A stretch of DNA of 63,278 nucleotides, filler included, from Octopus bimaculoides (taxonomy: Eukaryota): NCBI RefSeq assembly GCF_001194135.2. It is 3 parts of 3 records of this genome, joined end to end, with 100 filler letters (N's around TTAATTAATTAA, not from the genome) between each part and the next. Parts side by side here need not be neighbours in the genome. Positions count along the whole stretch, not along the records: positions 61,514 to 63,278 come from NW_026337878.1; 2 more parts are not named here. One strand, written 5' to 3'. The number at the start of each line of letters is the position of its first letter. Position 1 is the stretch's first letter. Made by a program: the position numbers and the translations under genes. Shown one piece after another: positions 63,248-63,278 of this stretch. Below the pieces are notes generated by a model. That model did no database searches. It was not told where the DNA came from and was given only the letters and a program-made list of their open reading frames with translations.

Positions 63248-63278
<31 letters not shown>

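Overview
AT-rich, microsatellite-dense eukaryotic scaffold. The SINE/LINE content is most consistent with an octopus (cephalopod) genome, which is an inference from recalled repeat families. One complete protein-coding gene is clear: an ELOVL6/ELOVL3-type fatty-acid elongase whose CDS (49961-50812, +) lies in a single exon behind a strong 5'UTR splice acceptor. A clean 248-nt minus-strand coding exon of an unidentified gene lies at 62500-62747, and there are two weaker exon/ORF candidates (10410-10506 and 44194-44460). Almost everything else is transposon-derived. This includes a stack of four different R4/Dong-like (restriction-like endonuclease) LINE 3' ends separated by (TAA)n, three tRNA-derived SINE families (many in head-to-tail arrays), a full-length dead mariner nested in an old Penelope-like element, a mariner MITE, Helitron remnants, RTE LINE remnants (one lacking its whole RT domain) and a 61-62 bp minisatellite homologous to RTE 3'UTR repeats. 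CpG is largely retained over 1-29.8 kb and strongly depleted over about 30-55.4 kb and 56.3-60 kb, as expected for methylated gene bodies. Two 100-bp gaps (44 N + TTAATTAATTAA + 44 N) are artificial scaffold joins, so adjacency across 29.9 kb and 61.5 kb is not sequence-supported. I see no prokaryote-type system, no CRISPR array and no genuine tRNA/rRNA gene, and I cannot claim a new biological system. The best leads are the microsatellite-targeted retroelement stack, the unidentified exon(s) and the RTE-derived minisatellite.
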